Below are positions 39,953 through 51,103 of a DNA stretch of 64,000 bases, in pieces. The stretch is from a bacterium. Lineage in GTDB: Bacteria; Zhuqueibacterota; Zhuqueibacteria; Residuimicrobiales; Krinioviventaceae. The notes under the pieces were generated by a model, which was not told the DNA's origin, ran no database searches, and saw only the letters and a list, made by a program, of their open reading frames with translations. Location: contig OY843751.1 in the NCBI GenBank assembly GCA_963693055.1, positions 2,912,001 to 2,976,000 on the forward strand, written 5' to 3'. Within the stretch, counting starts at the first letter, position 1. The number at the start of each line of letters is the position of its first letter. The translations under genes were made by a program, and so were the position numbers.

Positions 39953-40798
39953 TTAGAATTTAAAAGGCATGGGTGTAAAAGATATTATAAAAATAATAAA
40001 AATAATGTAACCAAGCAAGCGACGATTTTGATCTAATGATGTATAATTATCTACTGGCGGAGGATGAATTCTGCCGAAAACAAGTAACAATATAAAGAAA
40101 AAAATCCAAACAGGATATATTATTGTCATAATTCCAAAACCTGCTAAAAAAACTAAATTAGATTTCTTGTTAAAATGACCAAATAAACTGTAAAATATGT
40201 GCCCACCATCCAATTGGCCAATGGGTATTAAATTAAGAGCCGTAACAAATAACCCAACCCATCCTGCATATGCAAGCGGGTGTAAAGCGATATCATAACC
40301 TTCCGGCACTATACCAATTGCCAGATATGACAAACCTTTGAACAACAAGGGCTCTCCTAAAAGAAATACCATGTCATCCATTTCAAGAGTTGGAACAATA
40401 GTAGAAAATTTCAAGCCCAAATATATCAAGGGCAAAGTTATAACAAAACCTGCAAGAGGTCCAGATGCACCAATATCAAACAGAGCTTTTTTATTTGGAA
40501 TGGGCTCTTTAATTTTAATAAAAGCACCAAACGTTCCAAATGGGTTCAAAACAGGAACCGGAAAAGGAATAAAATAAGGTAATGTTGTATTTATATTATA
40601 TCTCTTGCAAGTAAAATAATGAGCAAATTCATGTGTTGATAAAAAAACCATAATCCCAATACTGTACCACGGGCCCCAAAGCAACCAGGTTGAAGCAAAA
40701 GTGAACAAGAATAATATTATCGGTATTCGTAATTTATTCCAATGCTTTAGTTTTGGTTTAACATACATTAAGGTACTATTATCAACGCTATTTTCCAT
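39953..40798 (-). CDS. Site-2 protease (M50) family intramembrane metalloprotease
   Basis: HEFAH, GPLAG, NLIPIGQLDGGH. Confidence 0.92.
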   Translation of the reverse strand: MENSVDNSTLMYVKPKLKHWNKLRIPIILFLFTFASTWLLWGPWYSIGIMVFLSTHEFAHYFTCKRYNINTTLPYFIPFPVPVLNPFGTFGAFIKIKEPIPNKKALFDIGASGPLAGFVITLPLIYLGLKFSTIVPTLEMDDMVFLLGEPLLFKGLSYLAIGIVPEGYDIALHPLAYAGWVGLFVTALNLIPIGQLDGGHIFYSLFGHFNKKSNLVFLAGFGIMTIIYPVWIFFFILLLVFGRIHPPPVDNYTSLDQNRRLLGYIIFIIFIISFTPMPFKF

Positions 40799-40802
40799 AG
40801 AT

Positions 40803-41582
40803 TTATTCTTGAAACTGCACAATCACTCTGGCTTTATTATTAATATTTAAACATTCTGCCGCATTTCCATTTCGAACAGCAATTTCCAACATTCCATGAC
40901 TGCCAATCAATGCTACCGGAAATCCATCAAGCACGTCACTGTAACTATTTGCAAGTTTTACAATCTTGTGAGCTGCTAAATGTATTGAATGCAACTTTTT
41001 ATTAATAAACACATGCTGTGGAATATTTGTAATTAAATTTCCGAAATGATCTATATGAGCGACTTCGCCACTTGAAATATTTCCCAATTCTTTACAGATC
41101 GGAATATTTCCTTTATTAAAATCAAAACATATTGATCCCAATTCTTCCAATGCAACACCTTTTGATATATGGGCTGCTACAGGTGCAAAAATATCTCGTC
41201 CATGAAACGTATTACTTATATTGGGAAGAAAATATTCCTTTTTGTTCAATTCAACAACACCTGCATCCGGATAAGCGGCAAATATCCATTGCAGTACACC
41301 ATTATCAGGCGCTACAAAGGTATGCTTTTGAATCTGCACAGCCAAAATTTTTCTTTCACTTCCCACACCCGGATCCACCACAACAACATGAATTGTATTA
41401 TCAGGAAAATAATGAAAAGCTGAATTTAGAATAAACGATGCTGCCGTTATATCACCCTGAGATACCTGATGTGATATATCGATAAACTCAAGTTGGGGAT
41501 TTATTGACAACATTACCCCCTTCATTATGGCTGCAAAACCATCCTGTTCACCAAAATCTGTCAACAGAGTTATAAGCGGCAT
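40803..41582 (-). CDS. SAM hydroxide adenosyltransferase (DUF62) family
   Basis: LLTDFG, VVDPGVGS.R, APDNG, TFHGRDIFAP, IDHFGN. Confidence 0.9.
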   Translation of the reverse strand: MPLITLLTDFGEQDGFAAIMKGVMLSINPQLEFIDISHQVSQGDITAASFILNSAFHYFPDNTIHVVVVDPGVGSERKILAVQIQKHTFVAPDNGVLQWIFAAYPDAGVVELNKKEYFLPNISNTFHGRDIFAPVAAHISKGVALEELGSICFDFNKGNIPICKELGNISSGEVAHIDHFGNLITNIPQHVFINKKLHSIHLAAHKIVKLANSYSDVLDGFPVALIGSHGMLEIAVRNGNAAECLNINNKARVIVQFQE

Positions 41583-41587
41583 CTGGT

Positions 41588-42256
41588 TTATACTCCGGCA
41601 TTGTATTGCTGAATTATTTTATCAATATCCTGATATACATTTTCAATTAAATGGGGTCGCTTATCCAGATCCAATTCATCAGCATCTACAATTAAAACGT
41701 TGTAACTATCTTTAATACTATTTATCCAACGCTCGTACGCTTCATTTAATTCAAAAAGATAGTCTTTTGAAATTTTTTGTTCATAGTCTCTTCCCCGTTT
41801 TCGTATTCGCGATATCAATGTCCAGGTGGATGCCCGCAAATACACAATCAGATCCGGTTTACGAAGATACTGGGTCATTATTGCAAAAAGATCACGATAG
41901 TTCTCATAATCCCGATCTGTCATAAAACCTTGTTTATGTAGTATGTATGCAAAAATCTCGGCATCTTCATAAATAGATCGATCTTGGATACAAGGTGCAG
42001 GACTATTGGAAATAATTCGTTGATCATTAAAACGATTTGACAGAAAAAAGATTTGTAAATTAAAACTCCAACGATTCATGTCTTTGTAAAAATCGTCAAG
42101 GTACGGGTTATCAATAACACGTTCAAAAAAAGGCTCGAGTTTTAATCGCTCACTCAACTTGTTGGTAATGGTTGTCTTACCTACTCCAATATTACCGGCT
42201 ATAGCCATAAAAAAAGGAGGTTTTTGCCCGGTTCCGTTTTTACTAGAATTCATCAT
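41588..42256 (-). CDS. Deoxynucleoside kinase
   Basis: GNIGVGKTT, DRSIYED, RGRDYE. Confidence 0.93.
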   Translation of the reverse strand: MMNSSKNGTGQKPPFFMAIAGNIGVGKTTITNKLSERLKLEPFFERVIDNPYLDDFYKDMNRWSFNLQIFFLSNRFNDQRIISNSPAPCIQDRSIYEDAEIFAYILHKQGFMTDRDYENYRDLFAIMTQYLRKPDLIVYLRASTWTLISRIRKRGRDYEQKISKDYLFELNEAYERWINSIKDSYNVLIVDADELDLDKRPHLIENVYQDIDKIIQQYNAGV

Positions 42257-42263
42257 ACTCTTT

Positions 42264-44798
42264 TCAATTGTTGGAAATAGCTACAGTTTCATTTTTCTCA
42301 GCAAATTCAATATCGTCAAATCCATACCCGGATTCATCCGTTATTCTAAAGTATAGCCCCATTTCTCCTATGCGATTTGAAGCTTTAACCATAATGTAAT
42401 TTTGTCCCGCATTTAAATTGATTTTAGTTCTTAAACGGTCCAAAATGGGTTGTTGATAGTCATTCTGTGTAACAACTTTGCGGTTATTCAACCATACTTT
42501 TATTGGACTCGTTGGCCCCAATCGTAATTCAGCAGTTCGAGATGAAGGCACCCAAACTGGCAATACTGCATAAACTGCACTATTATAATGAACATCACAA
42601 ATCTTTTTAAAATCAATAAATCCATCATATAATGCATCATTATCCGAAATTAAAAAACCTTCATTATCATTATGATAAAGTTCATTCAACTCATTCTCTT
42701 CAGGATAAAATTGTTGATTAAAACCCTTTTCAATATCATATGGTCCAAAATATTTCCATTTACTTTCTGGTGGCGCACCGGTGCGTTTGACAATTTCTTT
42801 ATAATCATCAAACTCTTGTTTGTAATAATGAATACTAGCCAATGCCATCAGCATCGAAATTTCAAAATGACGGTTTTCAATTGATTCTGAAAACGCTAAC
42901 AATTTTTCTATATTCTCTTGGTTTAGACGACCATTATAAAATCCCTGTCTGATTCCATCAAAATAATATCTCCAATAATTATCCCATGTTATATTGGTCA
43001 TTTGATTCAATGCAGTGGTAATAATTTCATCAAAATCGACTACATAACTGGTATACTCGTCAATATAACCATCGTTGTATAATATTTCCTTGAATGCCAT
43101 GGCAGATATATTTATCATAGGATCTTTGTTGTTTTCAAGAAGCATGGTCAATAATTGGTCCGTCTTTTTATAATAATTATCGATGGTAAATGCAAACCGA
43201 ACCATTATAAAAACCATATTCGGAGTTATATTTTCAAGAGATTCTGATTCAATAAATTTATCATAAATAGCTTCTATACGTTTTCTATTTTCAACATTTT
43301 CAGGATCAACAATTAACAATGCCAAAAGAGCATTAAAATGTTCAGGTTGTTGTTCAAGTATTTCTTCCAAAACCTCAACAACCTTGTTGTATTTGTTTTC
43401 AACAATATATGTATTTGCTAACAGCAAATAAGGATTAACAGTGAGCTCAACAGGACCTTGTTTTTCAATCAACTCTTTGACAATTTTATGTGCCTTGCGA
43501 GTATCACCTTTATCAAGATAGGCTGTGACTAAATGATTAGCCGCAGGATAAAAATCTTTATCAATGTCGAGTGATTTCTCAAACATCTTGATGGCTCTGT
43601 CAAGCTCTCCCTGTTCAAGCAATAACTCACCATAACTATCCAAAGGATTCGGTTCATCTTTTGCAATATCAATATATTTTTGTAATGCAGCATAAGCCAG
43701 ATCAATCTTGCCAATATCTGCATAAGCGTAACCCAAATGATTATAAGCCAGTTTTAAATCAGGATCCAATGCAATGGTAGTTTCGTATTGCTCTATAGCT
43801 TTTTCAGACCGACCGATCTGAAACTGATAAAAATTAGCCAATTGAAAATGTGCGTCTGCATCTTCGGGGAATTGATCAACCAGTTGTTCAAAATATTTTA
43901 TTGCTTCAAAAATATCACCGTCAGTAATAGCCTTTGCACCCAGTATTCTCAATTTTTCTTTTGGAGGTGCGTTGGCAGCGTACCGCGCAGCTTTTTCAAG
44001 CATTGCTTTACGTTTTTCAACATCCATACGCAATCCGTAATATTCAGCAAGTCGAATATATGCTGAAGCAAAAGTACTATCAATTTCAACCGCTTTTTGA
44101 AATTGTTCAAAAGCTTTTTCATAATAGAGCTGATTTTGCAACTTCATGCCTTGCGAATAAAACTTGAATGCTTCTAACGACTGAAAAGTAAGATCACCCT
44201 TGTTGACATCAATTTCATTTAACGCATTTAAATTGATTTGAAGATTCTCTCTTAACAAATTTGAAATGCGATTGATCATAGAAAAAACATTTTCAAGGCC
44301 GCCACCCGCCTCAATTACTTTTTGCAGCAATCTTCCGGTAGTACCTTCACGCAATTCAAGGTCTATATAAAGTGAATCTGCAGCATAACGAAATTGTCCA
44401 TTGATAAAAACCTGGGCATTGATTTGCTTTGCCAGATTGGATCCTGTAACCGAATCTTGAATCGCAAAAGAATTTATATCAAAATTTTGGATTGCTTCAT
44501 TTATTTGCAAACCGGGAATTATAATTAATTGACGGGATTGGGCAAGCTCCGAAGTCAACATCTCTACAATTCCTGATTCAAGCCAGTTTAAATTCGCATC
44601 ACCGGTTCGGTTCAGGAAATGATAAATGGCAATACTCTTTTTCTGAGATGCTTCAAATTGGATTGTAGATATGCGGTCTTGCATCAATGCGCTGTTTGGC
44701 TTTGATGCAAGCTTTATTCTGCGATCCATATTTGAATCACAAGAAAAAAGGAAAAAGATTAATGCGAATAGAATAATATGCTTAAAAAACCTTGTCAT
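42264..44798 (-). CDS. Lipoprotein with FlgO/TolB-N-like domain, TPR array and C-terminal PA14-like beta domain
   Basis: Lipobox LFSC; SIAI..F.N.TGD.NL.WL..G..EML..EL; many TPRs; W..GP...YA...IKVWLN C-terminus. Confidence 0.78.
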   Translation of the reverse strand: MTRFFKHIILFALIFFLFSCDSNMDRRIKLASKPNSALMQDRISTIQFEASQKKSIAIYHFLNRTGDANLNWLESGIVEMLTSELAQSRQLIIIPGLQINEAIQNFDINSFAIQDSVTGSNLAKQINAQVFINGQFRYAADSLYIDLELREGTTGRLLQKVIEAGGGLENVFSMINRISNLLRENLQINLNALNEIDVNKGDLTFQSLEAFKFYSQGMKLQNQLYYEKAFEQFQKAVEIDSTFASAYIRLAEYYGLRMDVEKRKAMLEKAARYAANAPPKEKLRILGAKAITDGDIFEAIKYFEQLVDQFPEDADAHFQLANFYQFQIGRSEKAIEQYETTIALDPDLKLAYNHLGYAYADIGKIDLAYAALQKYIDIAKDEPNPLDSYGELLLEQGELDRAIKMFEKSLDIDKDFYPAANHLVTAYLDKGDTRKAHKIVKELIEKQGPVELTVNPYLLLANTYIVENKYNKVVEVLEEILEQQPEHFNALLALLIVDPENVENRKRIEAIYDKFIESESLENITPNMVFIMVRFAFTIDNYYKKTDQLLTMLLENNKDPMINISAMAFKEILYNDGYIDEYTSYVVDFDEIITTALNQMTNITWDNYWRYYFDGIRQGFYNGRLNQENIEKLLAFSESIENRHFEISMLMALASIHYYKQEFDDYKEIVKRTGAPPESKWKYFGPYDIEKGFNQQFYPEENELNELYHNDNEGFLISDNDALYDGFIDFKKICDVHYNSAVYAVLPVWVPSSRTAELRLGPTSPIKVWLNNRKVVTQNDYQQPILDRLRTKINLNAGQNYIMVKASNRIGEMGLYFRITDESGYGFDDIEFAEKNETVAISNN

Positions 44799-46786
44799 AT
44801 ACTCTCTGTTATTTTTGCAACAATAAGGGTTATATCGTCAAATTGGTCCATATCACCAGAAAACTGGTTTACATCATGCAATAAATTTTTTAAAAGAGTG
44901 TCTGATGCTTTATTATTTGAATTTTTTAGAAATTCAACCAATTGATCTTCACCATACTCCTGGTATGATTTATTCATTGCTTCAGTAATACCATCTGTAT
45001 AAAATAATAACGTATCCTGTTTGTTTAATATAACACTTTCTTCATTCAAATACATTTCAAAAGTTTTATTATCTGCCAAACCCAAGCCAATACCGGGTGG
45101 TATATGCATTTCAACCTGATTATTATTTTGCTTACGTGCAATTAGCAATGCATTATGTCCTGCTCTTACAAATTTAAAAGAATTATCTTTTAAATCAATA
45201 ATTCCATAGATCATGGTTGCAAATATTTTTCGGTCTATTGTTTCATACAAACGTTGATTTACATTCAACAACAACTCTTTGGGGCTTTTAACCGTATAAG
45301 CCAAAGCGCTCATCATCCCTTTTATTTCAGACATGTAAAATGCAGCAGAAGCACCCTTACCTGAAACATCTGCAATTGCCAGTCCTATCCTTTTTTCATC
45401 AAGAATAAAATAGTCGTAATAATCACCACCAATTTCAGCAGTAGATATACATACACCGCTTATGTCAAGTCCAGGAATTTTAGGGTCCTGCTGTGGAAGC
45501 AATCTTTGCTGTACAGCTTTAGCGATCTCAAGCTCTCGGCTGAGTCGTTCTTTTTCTGTAACCTCTTTTAAAAGATTTGCATTTTCAAGAGCCAGGGCAG
45601 CTTGCTTTCCCAATGTAGACAAAAACTCTAGCACATCCTGGCTATATTGCATTTGAGCGTTTTTGGTAACAAGAACCAGTCCCAATAAAATATTTTGATT
45701 AACAAGTGGTAAAAATATTTGATTTTTTAAAAAACCAAAGTGCTCAAACGTATCAGTAACAAGTTGTTGATGATTATGCTCAAGCTGTGAAACATCGAAC
45801 GCCGCTTGCTTTTCAAGAAACAGGGCTTTGCATTCTGGTGAAATGGGTATCACTTGATTTTTTGAATTTACATCGGGATATGCATACAGGGTACATGCAT
45901 TAACAACGTTCTCGTCAGAAGGAACAATAAGTAAAGTACCGCGTGATGCATTCATGGATTTAACAATATGTTCAGTAATTACTTTACCCAACTCTTCAAG
46001 AGTATAGGTAAAACCCAATTGCTTTGTAAATTGTTCAATACTATTTTTTTCACGTAATCTTGAAATCATATAATTATAAGATTCAGCCAGAGAACCGGTT
46101 TCATCATTACTTGTAACCGCTAATGTATTCTCAAGATTGCCATTAGAGACTTGCAACATGGCATCAGAAAGCTGATTAATTGGCCGGGTTATTCTAAGTC
46201 CAATTATTACAGAAGCAACAATACCAACAAGCAAAAACAATAATAATAAATAAAGGTTTACAAGAGCTCTTTGTCTAAACTTGTTGTTAAAATCAACCAA
46301 TGAAAAACCAACATCCACCTTGCCTAATAATTCACGTCCTAAACGTATATTAACAGAAAAATGATCAAAATCATTTTGACTTTCTTCAGCAACCAAACCA
46401 TTTGCAAGGTTTTCAACAACACGAATTTGTTCCTCACGAGTAAGATAGCTGTTATCGCCAAGATCCAGCCAGTTGTAATTGATTCCAAAAGCTGCCAGGC
46501 AGTTATTTTCATCAAAAATAGCGATATATACCAGATCCTTTCCAATATCTGAGGCAATGATATTATCGATCCATTCCTGGTAAACAAACCATCCGGCGGT
46601 TTCTGCTAACCGAATTGATGCAATTTGTTTGGCGACCTGTCCCATATTGTTTCTTATTTCCTGTCTTTCAACAGATAATTGTCGAACAGTAAAAAAATAG
46701 GATACAAGTCCCATAATTATCAAAATCAAAACTACAATAGCAATTGTAATTTTAATCCATATTTTATTGAGTAATTGTTTCTTCAT
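44795..46786 (-). CDS. PP2C/SpoIIE phosphatase with TM sensor, HAMP and GAF domains
   Basis: GGDYYD, ADVSGKG, RAGH, YTDGITEA, DDIT. Confidence 0.92.
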   Translation of the reverse strand: MKKQLLNKIWIKITIAIVVLILIIMGLVSYFFTVRQLSVERQEIRNNMGQVAKQIASIRLAETAGWFVYQEWIDNIIASDIGKDLVYIAIFDENNCLAAFGINYNWLDLGDNSYLTREEQIRVVENLANGLVAEESQNDFDHFSVNIRLGRELLGKVDVGFSLVDFNNKFRQRALVNLYLLLLFLLVGIVASVIIGLRITRPINQLSDAMLQVSNGNLENTLAVTSNDETGSLAESYNYMISRLREKNSIEQFTKQLGFTYTLEELGKVITEHIVKSMNASRGTLLIVPSDENVVNACTLYAYPDVNSKNQVIPISPECKALFLEKQAAFDVSQLEHNHQQLVTDTFEHFGFLKNQIFLPLVNQNILLGLVLVTKNAQMQYSQDVLEFLSTLGKQAALALENANLLKEVTEKERLSRELEIAKAVQQRLLPQQDPKIPGLDISGVCISTAEIGGDYYDYFILDEKRIGLAIADVSGKGASAAFYMSEIKGMMSALAYTVKSPKELLLNVNQRLYETIDRKIFATMIYGIIDLKDNSFKFVRAGHNALLIARKQNNNQVEMHIPPGIGLGLADNKTFEMYLNEESVILNKQDTLLFYTDGITEAMNKSYQEYGEDQLVEFLKNSNNKASDTLLKNLLHDVNQFSGDMDQFDDITLIVAKITESI

Positions 46787-48164
46787 AGATATTTGTACTC
46801 AAAGTGTCATTTCTGTTTGAGATATAATCTTGCTTTAATTGTCTCATGAATTCTTCAACAGCTTGGTAACCATATTTATTTGACCAAAGTGGAAAAATAG
46901 ATGTATTTGATAATAATAAATCAGTATCATTAGACCATAAATTATTTTCAACAGCTCTTTTCCAATCTATTGTACCCGGAATGGGCGAAAAGGATGCAAT
47001 ATTTATTTTTACACCTAATGATTTAACAAAATTCACACTTGCCAGTACTTCATTCAAGGTTTGATCTGGTAATCCCATTAACACATATACACCAATATCA
47101 TCAGGATTTACACCTGCTTTTACAAGATTGGAAATAGCCTGCTCCAGATCACGGTTATTTACTTTAGACATTTTATTCTGCCTGTCAGGATCAACAGATT
47201 CAAAACTGAGTCTAACGGTTTGCCCACCTGCCTCTGCAAACAAGGATGCAAAATTGCTGTTCACAAATCTTGGTGGTATTCCATTAGGAGTATGCAGCCG
47301 GATACGAATATTTGCTTGAACGAGTTGGAGCAATAAAGGTTCAATATATGATGTTGACTTGTATAACAAGGCATCATCATAAAAGGCAACATGAGAAATT
47401 TGTTTTACATTAACCCAATATTGAATTTCCCTAAATACCTCCTCAGGCTTTCTTTTATCAAATTTAGGATTTAATAAATGAGACGCACAAAAACTGCATC
47501 GATATGGACAACCGGTTGATGTTAATATTGCTATTGCTTCCAATTGAGGGTACAATCCATAAACAGGATACGGTAAATCAGAAAGGCAATTTAAAGTATG
47601 CTTAACATCAGTTCCCAATATATGATTCAACAACTTTATAAATAATGAAATATCTGATCCGGTGAAAAGAAAATCCGGGGCAATATGTTCACGTGCATGT
47701 TCAGGAGCCAGTGTGGCATATATTCCACCAAGAATTATTGGGGTATCCGGGAAATAACTTTTTAATAATGCATATATATCTTTAACAGCAGGATACCAAT
47801 AAGTCATAATTGAAGTCAGACAGATTAAATCCGGTTTTTCAATGTGATTTTGCAATTCATGCTTGACCAATTCAATGGGTAATCCATATCTGCAATATTT
47901 ACGATCAATGTGTGAAAGAACATCTGGTTTATCAATTGAATCTCGATAAAATTTGCCGGTACCATTACTTTTGCCATGGGGAATTTTGAAATTTGAATCA
48001 CTAAAGGCAGGATGATTTCGGTCAAGACAGTCTAATAACTGCAGATCAAAACCGGCATCCTGCAGTACACCTCCTATTTGCAATAAGCCAAGGGGTTTTG
48101 ACCAAAAATCATAAGCGGCAAAATCATATATCCATGGATTTACAAGTAAAATCTTTTTATTCAT
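46764..48164 (-). CDS. B12-binding-domain radical SAM protein
   Basis: LLVNPW...PLGL, GGIYAT, GCPYRCSFC. Confidence 0.9.
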   Translation of the reverse strand: MNKKILLVNPWIYDFAAYDFWSKPLGLLQIGGVLQDAGFDLQLLDCLDRNHPAFSDSNFKIPHGKSNGTGKFYRDSIDKPDVLSHIDRKYCRYGLPIELVKHELQNHIEKPDLICLTSIMTYWYPAVKDIYALLKSYFPDTPIILGGIYATLAPEHAREHIAPDFLFTGSDISLFIKLLNHILGTDVKHTLNCLSDLPYPVYGLYPQLEAIAILTSTGCPYRCSFCASHLLNPKFDKRKPEEVFREIQYWVNVKQISHVAFYDDALLYKSTSYIEPLLLQLVQANIRIRLHTPNGIPPRFVNSNFASLFAEAGGQTVRLSFESVDPDRQNKMSKVNNRDLEQAISNLVKAGVNPDDIGVYVLMGLPDQTLNEVLASVNFVKSLGVKINIASFSPIPGTIDWKRAVENNLWSNDTDLLLSNTSIFPLWSNKYGYQAVEEFMRQLKQDYISNRNDTLSTNIYEETITQ

Positions 48165-48166
48165 AA

Positions 48167-49333
48167 TCAAGAAAACTGGGCAATCATTATCAATATATCA
48201 TCCCGAAGATCACCATGACTATACTCTCTAACATCTTTAACAATCGATTCGGCTGCTTTATCAACAGGTTGATCTTTATAATCCTGAAATGTTTTCAGTA
48301 ATGCGTCTAGCCCAAATTGCTCCTGAAATTCATTTTCAGTCTCAATTATCCCATCTGTATAAAGCGCAATTCTATCACCCGAGGAGTATTCAAAAACATC
48401 CTGTTCAAAAATATTGTCCTCTACATCAGAAAAGCCAATAATAGGATTTTGTGAAGACAATTTAATCACAGCTTTCTCGCCGACATGAAACAATAATGCA
48501 GAAGGATGTGCGCTACCGGCATGATAAAGCTTTTTATTTTGATAATCAACCTTTATGGATTGTATAGTCAAAAATAATCCGGTTTGTGAGAACGAGTCAA
48601 AGAAAAAAGCATTGAGTTGGTGTAGCAATTCTTTAGGGTCAAGCCCCTCACGTACCAATTTGTTTATTTCACTGCAAACACGATTCACTAAAAGTGCTGC
48701 GGCAATTCCATGCCCGGTAACATCAATAATAGTCATATAGAAATGACCATTATTGTCATCATATACATCCGCAAAATCTCCACCAATACCTATCATTGGT
48801 AAATATTCTACACCAAATGATATATTGTCATTTTCAAATTCTATGGGCACTAGACTATTTTGTACACGCTTTGCAAGATTAAGATCTTTTTCAATCATTG
48901 TATGGAATTCTTCAATCTCACGTTTTTGATGCTCTACAAGCATTTCCATACGGCGTTGTTCCAATGCTTTTTCAATACGAACCAGAAACGTTTCGTTATT
49001 AAAGGGTTTTGTTAAATAATCATACGCACCCTCTTGCATTGCTTGAACTGCTGTTGAGATACTTCCATAACCGGTTAAAATTATAACCTGCACATATTTA
49101 TCAGCTTTTTTTGCCGCTTCTAAAACATCAAGGCCACTGACCTGATACATTTGTAAATCAGTAACTATAACGTCGTACTGTGTTTCAGATATTTTCTCAA
49201 GTGCTTTTTCACCGGATTCTGCTTCTTCAACATGAAAAGCTTTGAGTTTTAAAATTTGAATGAACAGTCGTCTATTATAACTGTCATCATCCACTACCAA
49301 AATTTGGGGTAAATCTACATTGTTTAAACTCAT
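48167..49333 (-). CDS. Response regulator-PP2C phosphatase fusion
   Basis: REC: VDDD, TDLQM, LTG, TKP; PP2C: GGDFAD, IDVTGHG, YTDG, DDI. Confidence 0.92.
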   Translation of the reverse strand: MSLNNVDLPQILVVDDDSYNRRLFIQILKLKAFHVEEAESGEKALEKISETQYDVIVTDLQMYQVSGLDVLEAAKKADKYVQVIILTGYGSISTAVQAMQEGAYDYLTKPFNNETFLVRIEKALEQRRMEMLVEHQKREIEEFHTMIEKDLNLAKRVQNSLVPIEFENDNISFGVEYLPMIGIGGDFADVYDDNNGHFYMTIIDVTGHGIAAALLVNRVCSEINKLVREGLDPKELLHQLNAFFFDSFSQTGLFLTIQSIKVDYQNKKLYHAGSAHPSALLFHVGEKAVIKLSSQNPIIGFSDVEDNIFEQDVFEYSSGDRIALYTDGIIETENEFQEQFGLDALLKTFQDYKDQPVDKAAESIVKDVREYSHGDLRDDILIMIAQFS

Positions 49334-49339
49334 AAAAAA

Positions 49340-51103
49340 CTAACCGATCACTTTAAATCCCAACAAGGTTATATCATCACTTTGTGCTTCACCTTTGGTA
49401 AATTCACCCACTTTATCCATAATCAAATTGAGGGTATCCTGAATTTCCAGATTTTCATTCTGTGCCTGATGTAAAAGTTCTAATAAACGCCATTCCTCAA
49501 ACTCCTGCTCCATTCGATTCATAGCTTCTGTCACTCCATCAGTAAACATTAACACCAAATCACCTGAATTTAGTTCAACAGATTGGGTGGCATATTTTAC
49601 ATTCGGCATCATTCCTAACAACAGCCCCCCTTCATCAAGCTCAATACAAGTTCCATCTGTTCGCAGTAAATAAGGGGGATTATGTCCTGCGTTACAATAA
49701 ACCATTGTATTATTTTCTAAATCAATTTCCGCATAGAAAAAAGTGATAAACTTGTCTAAATTGGTATTAGCATAAATTAAATCATTTAATTTAGAAACCA
49801 AAGAGTTAATATCAGTATTTGTCATTAACAGACTGTGCAAACCCGCATGTAAATTAGACATCAATAATGATGCAGGTGCACCTTTACCAGAGACATCACC
49901 AATTGCAAGCGCAATTTTATTTTCATCGATTTTAATGCAATCAAAATAATCTCCACCCACTTCTCTGGAAGGGATATTTAATCCATTGATATGCAAATGA
50001 GAAGATTCAGGAAAAGATTCCGGGAGTAATCTCTGCTGAATCTCTCTGGCAATATTTAACTCTTCTTCCATTCTTTGTTTTTCAAGGGTTACATCGAACA
50101 GGTTTGCATTTTCAATTGATATCATTGCCTGGTTACAAAGTGTTGACAGGAAACCTATATCATCATCATCATATATAGCTTTATTTATTTTTTCACCCAA
50201 AAGCAGCACTCCTTTGGTTTGGTCCTGAATGCGCATGGGTATTACAACTTTGATATTATAATCACGTAATGCATGAATTTCTCGAGTTAAAACGGTTTCA
50301 TCAATTTTCATGGCTGACTTGACAGTTGAAAGAATCTTTAAGAATTCAGGATCCGCAAAACTAGTAACATCTTGAAGGGATTTTTCAGCCCCCTTGTATT
50401 CAAACAGTTCCAATGCATTTGTATTATCTAAAAAAACATAACAACGTGTGGCAAACATTTCTCCCATTATTGCATATATTAATAAATTGACAATTTTTTT
50501 CTTATCAAGAGTAGAGTTGAGTTCTTTGCCAATATCAAACAATGTATTCAACTCTTGAATTTTTTTATCTAATTTTTTATTTACTGTTAATAATTTTTGA
50601 ACAATTAATGCATTCTCTATAGCTGTTGATGCTATATTGGTAAGTAAATTTAAAAAATCGAGCTCATTTTTTGCATATGGGTTACCGGTTATCTTTTTAC
50701 CGAGTGCAAGAATACCTATTAACCGATCTTTAGTTTTTATGGGTAACAAAATCTCAATTTCAAGGGATTGAAACAATTCTTTCAATTTACATTGAGCAAT
50801 ATTGAGTTCATTCAATAATATAGGCTGATCGAAATGATATTCAATGGAATATGCTTTCCCAACCAGATCTTTATCCAAACCTTTTACAACCTGTATACTG
50901 AATGTTTTTTTATCATCGACAATTAATACCAATCCACGTGAAATCATCATTCTGCCCATAGGAGTGAGCAACAGATTATTTAATATGGTAGGCAGATCAA
51001 GAGAAGAATTGAGAATTTTACCTGTTTCAAACAAGGATCTCAATTCAACATGTTGCTGATCAATTTCCAAATGCAAAGATTTACTGGATCCAGAATCTAT
51101 CAT
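49340..51103 (-). CDS. GAF-GAF-PP2C phosphatase (RsbU-like)
   Basis: Two GAF repeats; GGDYFD, GDVSGKG, NAGHNPP, FTDGVTEA, DDIT. Confidence 0.92.
   Translation of the reverse strand: MIDSGSSKSLHLEIDQQHVELRSLFETGKILNSSLDLPTILNNLLLTPMGRMMISRGLVLIVDDKKTFSIQVVKGLDKDLVGKAYSIEYHFDQPILLNELNIAQCKLKELFQSLEIEILLPIKTKDRLIGILALGKKITGNPYAKNELDFLNLLTNIASTAIENALIVQKLLTVNKKLDKKIQELNTLFDIGKELNSTLDKKKIVNLLIYAIMGEMFATRCYVFLDNTNALELFEYKGAEKSLQDVTSFADPEFLKILSTVKSAMKIDETVLTREIHALRDYNIKVVIPMRIQDQTKGVLLLGEKINKAIYDDDDIGFLSTLCNQAMISIENANLFDVTLEKQRMEEELNIAREIQQRLLPESFPESSHLHINGLNIPSREVGGDYFDCIKIDENKIALAIGDVSGKGAPASLLMSNLHAGLHSLLMTNTDINSLVSKLNDLIYANTNLDKFITFFYAEIDLENNTMVYCNAGHNPPYLLRTDGTCIELDEGGLLLGMMPNVKYATQSVELNSGDLVLMFTDGVTEAMNRMEQEFEEWRLLELLHQAQNENLEIQDTLNLIMDKVGEFTKGEAQSDDITLLGFKVIG

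Noticed and set aside
40803-41582. DUF62 protein as a fluorinase/chlorinase
   Set aside because: It has the Asp/Arg/His pattern (VVDPGVGSER, TFHGRD) typical of SAM hydrolases and no halometabolite cluster context
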